Below, in pieces: positions 16,265-25,682 of a stretch of DNA of 37,879 nucleotides. The notes beneath the pieces are model-generated. The model had not been told where the DNA came from, ran no database searches, and saw only the letters and a list, made by a program, of their open reading frames with translations. This DNA comes from a virus (lineage: Duplodnaviria > Caudoviricetes): the IMG/VR virus record IMGVR_UViG_3300020441_000002, positions 1 to 37,879 of that record; one strand, written 5' to 3'. Every line of letters begins with the position of its first letter. Position 1 is the first letter of the stretch. The translations under genes and the position numbers were made by a program.

Positions 16265-17254
16265 TTATGACAAGAGAAATTTTGCAACGTCATCGACGCT
16301 GCCAGATTTTTGCATACTCTCTTTCACCTTCGCTTTTTGCTTGGCGTTGTATGCAGTGGCTTTTTTCTTTGCCCCAGCTTTAACGGTGCCCAGGCTCTCT
16401 TTTTGGGAGGTTGCCTTTGCTTTTTTCTGAACCAATTGGCGGTAGCGCATCGCGTCATGCATAGCCAGGATGTATCGATGATCCCTTACTGATCCGAGTT
16501 CTTCGGGAGTAAAGCCATAATATTCTCCTGCCTCCGCAATACCCTTTTTGATAACTTCACCCTTATTGGGATCCACAATCTCAGGGAGCTTTTGCGATAG
16601 CAATTGCGCCTGGTTCATTGTGTACTCTTGCAAACGAGCTTCGTGAGCAGCGTTTTGCTGCGTCTTGAAATCGTTCACTTGAGCGACTTTGGCGTCGTAG
16701 GATTTTTTGCTCTCGTCGTATTTAAGCTTTTCCTGCATGTAAGCAATCGGGTCGCTATCAAACAGGTCGGCAGACGGTGGAACAGGCTCCTGCAAGCCTT
16801 GGTCTTTCGCTTGGTTAAAGAAATCCAACATTTGTTGGCGTTGCTGATTAAGTTGCTCAAAATCACTTTTGTAGTTTTTTTCTACGGTTGCGATTTCTTG
16901 CATCTTTCTTTGGATATAATCTTGACCAGCGTTATCCCGCTTTAGTTCCCCCAAGGTCTTCTTTCTCATTTCACCGTCAGATTTGTATTCAATCACAGTG
17001 TCATCAGAAAGCTCTAAAGAAACGTCGGTGCCTTTATCTTCAATATCCTCATCATCTGCCTCGAACTCCAGCAAATCACTGTCGTCGTCGGCTTCTTCTA
17101 CTTCCACTTCTTCCGGCTCGTTAGTCGGCTCAATCTCTTCTTGAGGTGTATCCTCGATTACTTGCTCGGTTTTAGTTTCTTCTTCAACAGGGGTATCTGG
17201 TACTTGTAAAATTTGTTCCAGAACTTCTGTCATTTGATTAGTCGCTTCTGCCAC
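16265..17254 (-). CDS. Capsid scaffolding protein
   Basis: Acidic N-terminus, TLGELK....QDY.RK.Q, coiled coil; between portal and MCP. Confidence 0.85.
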   Translation of the reverse strand: MAEATNQMTEVLEQILQVPDTPVEEETKTEQVIEDTPQEEIEPTNEPEEVEVEEADDDSDLLEFEADDEDIEDKGTDVSLELSDDTVIEYKSDGEMRKKTLGELKRDNAGQDYIQRKMQEIATVEKNYKSDFEQLNQQRQQMLDFFNQAKDQGLQEPVPPSADLFDSDPIAYMQEKLKYDESKKSYDAKVAQVNDFKTQQNAAHEARLQEYTMNQAQLLSQKLPEIVDPNKGEVIKKGIAEAGEYYGFTPEELGSVRDHRYILAMHDAMRYRQLVQKKAKATSQKESLGTVKAGAKKKATAYNAKQKAKVKESMQKSGSVDDVAKFLLS

Positions 17255-17258
17255 GGTA

Positions 17259-17495
17259 CTAACTCTTTCTATATTGTAGGAGCGTCTCTGCCGTCACGAC
17301 GGCGTCGAGGTGCGCTTCCATTTGGTTAACGGCTCGCAGAATTGCATGAGCCTCCTCACGCCGCTCGATCTCGTCGGCGGCACTGTTTGCAAAAACCTCT
17401 TTTTGGTTTTCGCGAACCTCTTTCAGTAATGTCTGAAACGTAGCATTTTTCTGTAAAAATTTTGCGTCGTCAGCTTTGATATTACTGTTGTCCAT
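17259..17495 (-). CDS. Small conserved protein after portal
   Basis: 78 aa, helical; synteny. Confidence 0.75.
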   Translation of the reverse strand: MDNSNIKADDAKFLQKNATFQTLLKEVRENQKEVFANSAADEIERREEAHAILRAVNQMEAHLDAVVTAETLLQYRKS

Positions 17496-19557
17496 TATTC
17501 ATTCCCTGTTGTGCGATACCGGCAACGGTCCGCATTTTGTCTTGCTCAGCTTTTATGGCTGCCACGTCCACTGTCGCGCCGTACTGGCCGGCAATCTTAG
17601 CTGCGTTGACCATCAAGTCCTGGGCCATTTTATCGCGCTCACGATCGTCCTGGGCGGTTGCCTTGGCTGCTTCTAACTGTAGCTTTGCCATGTCGGTGCC
17701 GGCTTTTGTTTGCGCTTTCATTTGCTCAGCCTGGAGATAAGCCGCGTTTGGATCCTGTTGTTGCTGAGCCATCGCCTGTTGTTGCTGTTGTTGTTGCGCC
17801 AGCATTTGTTGCTCGATTTCTTGGTTTATCGGCGCGAAGTATCTGTCGCTGTTTCTGACGCCGTTGACGGCCAATATATCCGCCAGGGAGTTCCTAATGT
17901 TCGTCAGGCTCACCAAACCGTTTTGTGCGCCATACTGCGCGTAGACTTGCATCTGCAACTGTAGGGCTTGCTGGAGAGCTGCTACGCGCTCATCCTCGCG
18001 TCCTGTTCCTAGTCCGACGTTAATGCTGACGTCGTAGTTTAAATCAAATGTTGTTGGATCGACAGGAACAAACACTCCGTTGAGCTTCATAATTTTTTCT
18101 TCATCAAAATTTTTGTGTGTCAGCTCCAACAATAACTTAAACAGATCCTTAAAGCCTTCCGCAATATTTCTGCACATCACTTCGACTTGGCCGGCAGCCG
18201 CTTCAACAGCCGCTGTAACTGCGCTTTTTGTTGTCGATTGGAGCGCGTCAGGATTAAGCGCAATATTTTGACTTACACCAGATTTAGCCTCAACCATTTT
18301 ATCCAGGTAGGTTAGGGCGCTTAGCGTTTGACCGGCAACAAAAGGCACTGACATATCCTGCACCTGTCCAGGCGCATTCATTCTTATTAGTCCTCCTATC
18401 TCATTGTTAAGGAGGTCCTCGACGGCGACCTGACCGTTGACGAAGCCTATCCTGGGCGAGTTAGTCAACGCGACGTTATCTAGTATTCCGCGTAAAACGC
18501 TGGTTGCCGCGTCCTGGTCGTCGCATAACTTTTCTGCCAGGGAATGGCCGTAAAAACTGTGCGGCTCCGGATCGACTTCAATTTTAACTAATGGAACGCG
18601 CTCGCAGGGCTCGTAATCCATCAGCTTGTAAGACGTGCCTCCCATAACAAATTTATGCAGTACGGGTACGCCGGTGCCGTCAACATCCAGGCGCATGTAC
18701 GCCTCCGTGATTAACACGTTTTTCATTGCCGGATCTAAGGCATTTTCATCGTCGTCGTTGTTATTGTTATAACCGCGTCGCTGGGTTTTTTCTTCCTGGA
18801 GAACGCCGGTGTCACTGTCAAAACTATCCAGGTCGTAAACAATCTCAGGATCAAAACCCATCTCCACAACGTCGCCAGCTCTCATCTCAGTGCGGTGGGC
18901 GACCACATAGGCACTATCAATATCTTTGGCTTCTCTACTAATGAAGAACTCCTCACTAGGAACGCTCTCCAAGCAAAGCTCGCCTTTTGTTTCTGTTCGC
19001 TGAATTTTGACGCTGAAATAAGGCGCGTCGTCTTCCTCGTTCATTTCCGACGATTGCTCTAATACTTCGACGCCTGGCTCGTTAACCAGCAAGGTCAGCT
19101 CGTCAGCCGTCAGGTCAGTAAACATATGAATTTTGGCTTTCGGATAAGTCTTGTAATACGCCTTCGCTATTCCTTGTTTCTTAACCAGGGCGTCGTGTAT
19201 CAAATCGTTTAAAATTTTATAGCCGTTTAACCTTTGGAATTCGTGATGAATAAAATCTGTAGCTTGCTCGGCAATGGCTACGTCGTCCGGTCCTTTTGGC
19301 ACGAATTCCACCGGCTTGTCGGTACTCATAAACACACGCAATATTGAGGGTTTTACGCTTTGGATCGTATCCCTGACCTTGCTGGAAACCACGCGGCTCC
19401 GGCCTTCCTCGTGACCCAGCGAAGTTTTCCCATCCATATACTCGGCGTTTTTAATTCTTATTTCGCTGATTTCCGTTTCCACGAAATCCACCGCATCTTC
19501 AACGGCGCTCGAAACAATGCTTTCAATTTCATCAAAAGTTTTTTCTCTTAGTTCCAT
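17482..19557 (-). CDS. Portal protein (P22-like)
   Basis: EGRSRVVS..VRDT, DAL....G..K.YY, PH.FYG.S...D.Q...T...R..LDN, Q-rich C-terminal barrel; 691 aa. Confidence 0.9.
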   Translation of the reverse strand: MELREKTFDEIESIVSSAVEDAVDFVETEISEIRIKNAEYMDGKTSLGHEEGRSRVVSSKVRDTIQSVKPSILRVFMSTDKPVEFVPKGPDDVAIAEQATDFIHHEFQRLNGYKILNDLIHDALVKKQGIAKAYYKTYPKAKIHMFTDLTADELTLLVNEPGVEVLEQSSEMNEEDDAPYFSVKIQRTETKGELCLESVPSEEFFISREAKDIDSAYVVAHRTEMRAGDVVEMGFDPEIVYDLDSFDSDTGVLQEEKTQRRGYNNNNDDDENALDPAMKNVLITEAYMRLDVDGTGVPVLHKFVMGGTSYKLMDYEPCERVPLVKIEVDPEPHSFYGHSLAEKLCDDQDAATSVLRGILDNVALTNSPRIGFVNGQVAVEDLLNNEIGGLIRMNAPGQVQDMSVPFVAGQTLSALTYLDKMVEAKSGVSQNIALNPDALQSTTKSAVTAAVEAAAGQVEVMCRNIAEGFKDLFKLLLELTHKNFDEEKIMKLNGVFVPVDPTTFDLNYDVSINVGLGTGREDERVAALQQALQLQMQVYAQYGAQNGLVSLTNIRNSLADILAVNGVRNSDRYFAPINQEIEQQMLAQQQQQQQAMAQQQQDPNAAYLQAEQMKAQTKAGTDMAKLQLEAAKATAQDDRERDKMAQDLMVNAAKIAGQYGATVDVAAIKAEQDKMRTVAGIAQQGMNNGQQ

Positions 19558-19558
19558 G

Positions 19559-21532
19559 CTATTCCTTACCCGTATATTTTTGGATGGCAGTAGTGCCGGC
19601 GGCAGTTGAAAATAATGTGTTGAGTATTTTATCCACTAGAGTTCGATCACCCATGCGAGCTGCTTCATCGAGCAGGGTGGAAACAACCTGGTCACGCTCA
19701 CGGCCCTGCAATGTTAAAATTTGACCGATCTGCTTGTTTAGGTTGCCCCTAGTGTTGCTGTATAAAATTTCGTCTATTAGTGCGTTAATTGGCGCGTCAA
19801 ATAATGCGCGTTTACCTCTGCCTATTGCGCCCGGCACTTCGCCGGTAGCATCATCAGTTAAATCAGACACTGATTTTTTAGCTTCAGTTCTAAAAGCAGT
19901 TTGAGAGCCGTCAATTGCTATTCGTTTTGTATTAGAAAATTCAGCTTCGGCCATTAAACGCCTGGTCACTTCCTGCGCGTTCTTTTTGCCTATTATCATT
20001 TCTAGCTTTTCTGCATTCCAGTTTTTGCCAAACTCTGCCCAGGCAGCCGCCGCGTCGTTTCTTGATGATCCCATCAAAGCGCCAATATATTCGCGAGCTC
20101 CAGCTTTAAATGCATCTCGCTCGGCGTCACTCATTTCAGCTAGTTTTGCTTTTAACCTTGCAGGGCTGATAGCCGATGCCTTGCCACCAGAAAATGCTTT
20201 CATCCCGTCTTCAATTGCACGATCTACGGAGCTGGCTTCGGCCCAACTAAGTCTTGCTTTTGTGTATCCATCGATAGCATCTAACTTGTCGTCAATTTTA
20301 TTTAGAAAAACTCCTAGATTAGCTCCAACACCAGTTTCGCCAGCTCTGTAAGCTACATCCTTTGCGTCGTTCAGTTCGACCCTGACGTTGTGCAATTTTC
20401 TCGCTGATAAATTACCTTCCTCACCTAAATCACTAAGCAGCTCATTTAAGGCCGTTTTTGCTCTTCTTGATGCTTCGGTGGAAGTTTCTACGATTGCGTC
20501 TCTTATATCTTGAACATCAAATTTTTGTGTACTTGCTTTAGCCTTTTCATACATAGGGCTTATAACAGTATCTTTGTTTTGCTTGTTTGCTATCTCGGCT
20601 AAAAATCCAGCATCCGCCTCGCCAATATTTTTATTAAAATCAGCTTCGATACGAGCTCCTGCGTCGTCAGATCTTTTTATTATATTTCTTCTAAGCGTGT
20701 TGGATCCCTGGCCCTGGATGTTTGCTATACCGGAGGCTAAGCCTTGCGGAGCGCCCTCAACGTCAGCCAGCATACCTTCCGGACCTAAACTGTCTAAATA
20801 CGCTTTTACGTCTGTTCCGCTGTCTTCGGCGTTCTTTACTTGCTTGGCAACCCTTCGAAGCGCTTGGCCCTGGTAGCCATCTTGAGCGCCACGACGAATG
20901 TTTTGATAAATATTCTTGATGCCCTCGGCAGTTCTGCCAGCAATTGGACCAGCTCCGCCAGCAACTCCGCCAATAGCAGGATTTAAATATCCCACATTTT
21001 CCATTCGGCTCATAAAACCGCCTTCGCCTTCGCCAAACTCAGGAGCTGATGCCAGGGCTGCGCCGGTGCCGGCGCCAGTAAGCATTTGCCGCATAGTCGA
21101 AGCGTTTTTCATTAAGTTTAAACCTTGCATGCCACCCAAGCCGATACCCATCATTGTACCAGCTCCGGATATTCGACCTTTTGCAAATTCTTCCGGCGCG
21201 GCATACTCATACATTTCATTTTTTTGTCGGACTAAATCTCTGTAATGGGCGTATGCTTCTTTTGCGCTTTGCAGATCTCTGTTTTTAATAAAATCACCGG
21301 CTGCCTTATAAGCACCGTAGATCTCGTCATCTAAATTAAATGCAGCTTCTGCTTTAAATCCCTGGCCCATAGCTTTTGTTTCGACAAGCTCTTTAACTAT
21401 CGCTTCGTAGTTGTCTCGATATTTTTGTAATGCTTCAGCTTCTGCCGGTCTTATAGTTCCGGCTGCCTCTAACGCTTCTAGCTTCTTAGCGACTGCCGCC
21501 ATGTCCGATGCTTTTGCGAATGTCATTTCCAT
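19559..21532 (-). CDS. Internal virion/ejection protein
   Basis: Ala/Gly-rich hydrophobic N-terminal part, long helical region; podovirus ejection cluster. Confidence 0.7.
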   Translation of the reverse strand: MEMTFAKASDMAAVAKKLEALEAAGTIRPAEAEALQKYRDNYEAIVKELVETKAMGQGFKAEAAFNLDDEIYGAYKAAGDFIKNRDLQSAKEAYAHYRDLVRQKNEMYEYAAPEEFAKGRISGAGTMMGIGLGGMQGLNLMKNASTMRQMLTGAGTGAALASAPEFGEGEGGFMSRMENVGYLNPAIGGVAGGAGPIAGRTAEGIKNIYQNIRRGAQDGYQGQALRRVAKQVKNAEDSGTDVKAYLDSLGPEGMLADVEGAPQGLASGIANIQGQGSNTLRRNIIKRSDDAGARIEADFNKNIGEADAGFLAEIANKQNKDTVISPMYEKAKASTQKFDVQDIRDAIVETSTEASRRAKTALNELLSDLGEEGNLSARKLHNVRVELNDAKDVAYRAGETGVGANLGVFLNKIDDKLDAIDGYTKARLSWAEASSVDRAIEDGMKAFSGGKASAISPARLKAKLAEMSDAERDAFKAGAREYIGALMGSSRNDAAAAWAEFGKNWNAEKLEMIIGKKNAQEVTRRLMAEAEFSNTKRIAIDGSQTAFRTEAKKSVSDLTDDATGEVPGAIGRGKRALFDAPINALIDEILYSNTRGNLNKQIGQILTLQGRERDQVVSTLLDEAARMGDRTLVDKILNTLFSTAAGTTAIQKYTGKE

Positions 21533-21544
21533 TAGGCGGTTTCC

Positions 21545-23119
21545 TTATACTGTCGGCTCATTAAATATGCTAAGCTCTTCGTCGCTTACACTTATGCTGT
21601 TTTGAGGCCGTTGACTTTCCTCGATCACTCCGTTTTCGACCATCCAATCGATTACGCCTTCCATTGGATCTGCTAACGCAAAAATTTGTCGGTCACGCTC
21701 TGGAATAGTTTTAATTAAACCGCTCGCAAATTTTTTGTGTATCTCAGCAAATTTTAATTCATAATTTGCTAGTGCTTGCATCGTCTTAATTATAAGTTGG
21801 TTTCCGCCAGGTTTAGCTGCGATAGATGGAGCTGACGCTTTAAACAAATTCAAATCTGCGTCTGACATTGGACCGGATCCTGGTGGGCGCATTTCAGGAA
21901 CCATAGCATTTATAAGAGCACCGGCGGCGGCGGCGTTTTCATCCCTATAATCTATACGAAAATTTTCAAACATAAATTGTGCAAGGCCGGCTTGAAAACC
22001 TGTTCCACCCTCAATACTGCCAAGAAGACTGTCTAAAATACCAAGTCTAGCTTGCTTGCTCTTCATGTTGACGTAGTTTTTGCCGTATTCGTTACTGGTT
22101 TGTAGTGCTAGTTTTGTTCTAATTTCACCGGCTGCGTCCGTTACGTTAGGATTTATTGGGCTTATATCTGTAGGCTGATTATCTCTGCCTACTGTGACTT
22201 CGTATGTTCCTAGCGGAACAATTTGACCAAATTGTTCTTTAATTTTATCCGCACTCATAATGGTTGTTTTACCTCTGAGCTGTTTTGCGGTTACTTGGGA
22301 AAGAACTTGCTGCAACAATGCTGGATTTTGCTCAACTAGCTTAGCCAGCTCCGGATCGACTGATCTTATGTATTCCAAGCTTTGGTTAGTCATACGCTTA
22401 GTTTTACGATCTTTAATGTCCTGGGCAGCCATAGCCATCATAGGCTGTAACTGTTGAGGATTTCCGCTCAACGACATAAGAGCAATTGCCAGGCGGTCAG
22501 AAGCGTCTGCATCCTTGCCTGTCACCGCGTCTTTTAGTTTGCTAAACCCACCGCCGACAGTTTTGCCCAACATGCTAAATAAAGGGTTTTTGTCCATTCC
22601 CGAAGATTGCTGATTGCCTGGCATTTGGCTGTTTTGTGGGCCCAACAAAGGGGATGCGTTCAACGGTTGGTTTTGCATTGCAAGCTCCATAAATTTTTGC
22701 GCGTTTTTTCTGTGGTCGCCCATGCCGGCAACTTTTTCAGCGACAGTGCCAGGCATGCCCCCAGCTCGCTCGTCAGTCATGTCAAAATTATTTACACCGC
22801 CAGTATTAATCGCTGAGTATATTTGCTTTAATCCCATCCCAGGCTGAATTCCGACTGCTTTCAAATATTGATATATTCCGGCGCCAGGACCGAGCTGCGT
22901 GGAAATAGCTTGCGGACGTGTTTCAAAACTTACGCCGTACTGATTTGCCTGGGGCTCTCCAAATTGAATAAATCCTCGATGCTGACCATATTGCGTTTCC
23001 AAGCCTTGAGATAATGGATCAAATGTTCCACTAGTCTCATAACTAATCGCCGTCGCAAGATCGATCGGATTAATGCCAAGCGCTTTGGCCGTAGAGTATA
23101 TGCCGGAGGCTATATCCAT
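21545..23119 (-). CDS. Ejection protein with N-terminal lytic transglycosylase/lysozyme-like domain
   Basis: AKALGINPIDLATAISYETSGTFDP...GFIQF motif. Confidence 0.75.
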   Translation of the reverse strand: MDIASGIYSTAKALGINPIDLATAISYETSGTFDPLSQGLETQYGQHRGFIQFGEPQANQYGVSFETRPQAISTQLGPGAGIYQYLKAVGIQPGMGLKQIYSAINTGGVNNFDMTDERAGGMPGTVAEKVAGMGDHRKNAQKFMELAMQNQPLNASPLLGPQNSQMPGNQQSSGMDKNPLFSMLGKTVGGGFSKLKDAVTGKDADASDRLAIALMSLSGNPQQLQPMMAMAAQDIKDRKTKRMTNQSLEYIRSVDPELAKLVEQNPALLQQVLSQVTAKQLRGKTTIMSADKIKEQFGQIVPLGTYEVTVGRDNQPTDISPINPNVTDAAGEIRTKLALQTSNEYGKNYVNMKSKQARLGILDSLLGSIEGGTGFQAGLAQFMFENFRIDYRDENAAAAGALINAMVPEMRPPGSGPMSDADLNLFKASAPSIAAKPGGNQLIIKTMQALANYELKFAEIHKKFASGLIKTIPERDRQIFALADPMEGVIDWMVENGVIEESQRPQNSISVSDEELSIFNEPTV

Positions 23120-23817
23120 TAGCCGACCGGTATCGCCGCTGCTTGTGGACCCATAATGTATTTAAGAGCTCCTAACGTTCCCAAAAGTCCTGGGTTTTGT
23201 GTGTTAGTCGTTCCATACGGTTTCGGAGACGCTCCAAGAGCCGCCAGGGGCACGTTTAAGCTGTTCATGGGTGATTGTGCATAATTAGCAAAATCGTTCC
23301 TGGCGGCGTCTATAAGCGCCTGTTGTAAGCTTTGCTGGAGCAATCCTTGCTGCGCCATATCCTGGTTTAAAACTCTGCCAGTATTAAATGCCTGGTTAGC
23401 CATGCCACCAAGCTGACTAGCAGCGCCCAGGCGAGCTGAACGATCCGCCATAGCGTTTGCCATAGACGTGTTGTAACCCTGCATTCTCATGTTGCCTAAC
23501 TGGTTCGCCGCCATGCGACCGAATTCCGCGTTGGTCACACCCTCGGCCACGCCTTGCCTGGATCCGCCGTATGCGCCGGCTCCCTGGGCTTGAGCCCCCA
23601 GGTTGTTTATGGCCATTTGCCTTTGACGCTCAATGTCTTGAGCTGTGTTGTCGATGACTTGCTGTTGATACGGGTTATTGAACGCTCCGACGTTAAGCGG
23701 ACCGCCCATCGCCTGGTTAGTAAAATCCATTGCACCGCCCAAGCCTTGAGCTGCCGCCTGGTTTACGTTTGTTGGTTGTTGCGCCTGACCACCGCCTTTT
23801 CCGCCTTGCCCTGCCAT
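23119..23817 (-). CDS. Internal virion/DNA-pilot-like protein
   Basis: NPYQQQVID, GAYGGSRQGVAE; Q/A/G-rich. Confidence 0.7.
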   Translation of the reverse strand: MAGQGGKGGGQAQQPTNVNQAAAQGLGGAMDFTNQAMGGPLNVGAFNNPYQQQVIDNTAQDIERQRQMAINNLGAQAQGAGAYGGSRQGVAEGVTNAEFGRMAANQLGNMRMQGYNTSMANAMADRSARLGAASQLGGMANQAFNTGRVLNQDMAQQGLLQQSLQQALIDAARNDFANYAQSPMNSLNVPLAALGASPKPYGTTNTQNPGLLGTLGALKYIMGPQAAAIPVG

Positions 23818-23818
23818 T

Positions 23819-24973
23819 TTATATCTCCTTCGCTTTGCGCGATAAACGTATCTGGTACTTATAAATTTTTCCTACTAAACGACTGAACGGTTCGCCTACA
23901 AGCTTAATCGTTTTCCCGACATAATTAGGTTTGTATTTTTCTGGTTGCATGCAGTGCGCCATTTCTTCGGCCCAGGCTTTAACAATTGGCCACATTACCG
24001 ACCTAAGAGTTTTAGCAAGCAAAGTGTTTTTCTGTATGTAATTTGCGGTCGGGATCCCCCACAAGTGATAACCCTGGATAAGGGCAGGGTCCTCTCTTAA
24101 AACCTTTACGCCGTAGCGACGATCCAGTTTCCAAATTTCTTTCGGTAAGTATCCCATTTTACAATAAGCGGAGCACATAACGGTGCCGTCTTTGGCCACG
24201 CCCTTAACATCGTCCACAACCTGATCTTTCATGTTAGAGACGTCGCTTCTTATTTGGCCAACGTGTTCACCAAAAGTCATATCAAACGGATTTTTGTTTT
24301 TTATAGTTAGTCCTATTTCATCAGCTTTTGCAGGAGAAATAGTATTTCCACCGTAACCAATGGCATAGACGCCGCCTCTGTCATCTTGCCCATAATTTAA
24401 AATATTGTCTCCAGCGTCTTGAGCTGCTTTAGCATAATTCATTTTTTGTCGGGCCATATGGTCCGCCATAAAGTCAGCCCTTTCTTGGCCAACTCCACCG
24501 CTGTTACTGCCGCCCATGATAGGCTGACCATTCATTCCAACTGGCGTCGTGTTTTGGTAGCCAATACCGCTGACATTTCCAGCGTTAATGCCAGTCGTTC
24601 CCGTAAACGGATTAATAAAAAAGCTATCAATATAAGATGCCTGTCCTGGGCGATCTTCTCTAAATTCACCGGTGATTGCGTCAAAAACAGGTTTTGCGCT
24701 GTAACCAGTTACGCCGCCATAATTTGTAGGAGTTGGCAGTCCGCCGGTTATATCCGTTCCAGTTGGTGCATCCAGGCCAAAAGCACTAGCCGCGTTGGCC
24801 GTATTTAAAAAACTTGAATTTTGCATAGGCGTAAAAGCAGCAACGGTTGGCCCGTATGACATGGGAACAGCTCCAATGCGACTTATTCTGTCAGCCTGGT
24901 TTAAATTTCGTCGCGCTGCATCCTCAAGCCAATAAGGTATCTCTTGAGAAGTAGTTGAACCGCCTTTACCCAT
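23819..24973 (-). CDS. Virion protein with C-terminal CFI-box-CTERM-like domain
   Basis: MGKGGSTT N-terminus; C-terminal VMCSAY..MG...IWKLD..YG...GYHLWG.P.A. Confidence 0.65.
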   Translation of the reverse strand: MGKGGSTTSQEIPYWLEDAARRNLNQADRISRIGAVPMSYGPTVAAFTPMQNSSFLNTANAASAFGLDAPTGTDITGGLPTPTNYGGVTGYSAKPVFDAITGEFREDRPGQASYIDSFFINPFTGTTGINAGNVSGIGYQNTTPVGMNGQPIMGGSNSGGVGQERADFMADHMARQKMNYAKAAQDAGDNILNYGQDDRGGVYAIGYGGNTISPAKADEIGLTIKNKNPFDMTFGEHVGQIRSDVSNMKDQVVDDVKGVAKDGTVMCSAYCKMGYLPKEIWKLDRRYGVKVLREDPALIQGYHLWGIPTANYIQKNTLLAKTLRSVMWPIVKAWAEEMAHCMQPEKYKPNYVGKTIKLVGEPFSRLVGKIYKYQIRLSRKAKEI

Positions 24974-24975
24974 TT

Positions 24976-25365
24976 TTAAATCTCCTTAACGTATGATGAA
25001 TGCATAGGTTTCCACCCATGCCTCGCTAACGGTTTTTTCCATCCAAATCGTCCAGTCATGTTGAGTGCGGTACAATTTTGGTCTTTTGCCCACCTTACCA
25101 CGTCTTCATGCATGCTTAAAATTTCTGTGAGATCGCCGCCTCCAAGAAAAATATTTAACACTTTCATTTTTGGATAATTTATTATTTCGGTAACCAAGCA
25201 GCTTTTTTCTGCCGGCCACAATTGCATCGTTCCTTTGTAAAGGCCCTCGTAAATATCAATTATATCGTGGGTGCCGCCAGTGTATTCCAGGGCCGCCTCG
25301 ATGTAAGGTTTGCACCGCTCGAATTCCTGGGTGCCTAAAAAGTTGATAGCGCTACTCTCTTCCAT
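24976..25365 (-). CDS. GNAT-fold/T7 gp13-like virion assembly protein
   Basis: QLWPAEKSCLVTEI..YP..KVL.IFLGGG...GRFGW; position between nozzle and ejection genes. Confidence 0.65.
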   Translation of the reverse strand: MEESSAINFLGTQEFERCKPYIEAALEYTGGTHDIIDIYEGLYKGTMQLWPAEKSCLVTEIINYPKMKVLNIFLGGGDLTEILSMHEDVVRWAKDQNCTALNMTGRFGWKKPLARHGWKPMHSSYVKEI

Positions 25366-25682
25366 ATTGCTGTGCTTCCGTCGTGATCTGCCGTGCAGAC
25401 ATAAATGTAATTGGCATCCCAAGCTATCATCCCAGCTTTGTTGCCGGCTGCTCCAGTGCTCGATGATGGTGTTGCCTGTTTTGTTGCAACCTGGCGAAAA
25501 GCGCCACTAGCTGAAACGACTGGATATCCTTTTGTGTCATCCCAAAGAAAAATGCCATTATCGGCAGGAATATCTCCGCTCGATTTAAAAAATAACTTAC
25601 CTAAATTACGTTGTAAAAAAAGGTTAAGCTCTCGGCCCCATTGACGAATATCTGATCCTATAACCGGCGGCGTGACTGGCAT
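25335..25682 (-). CDS. Tail-associated protein
   Basis: TAATG overlap with nozzle; PSSSTGAAG..AG.IAWD.NYIYVC...WKR motif. Confidence 0.7.
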   Translation of the reverse strand: MPVTPPVIGSDIRQWGRELNLFLQRNLGKLFFKSSGDIPADNGIFLWDDTKGYPVVSASGAFRQVATKQATPSSSTGAAGNKAGMIAWDANYIYVCTADHDGSTAIWKRVALSTF

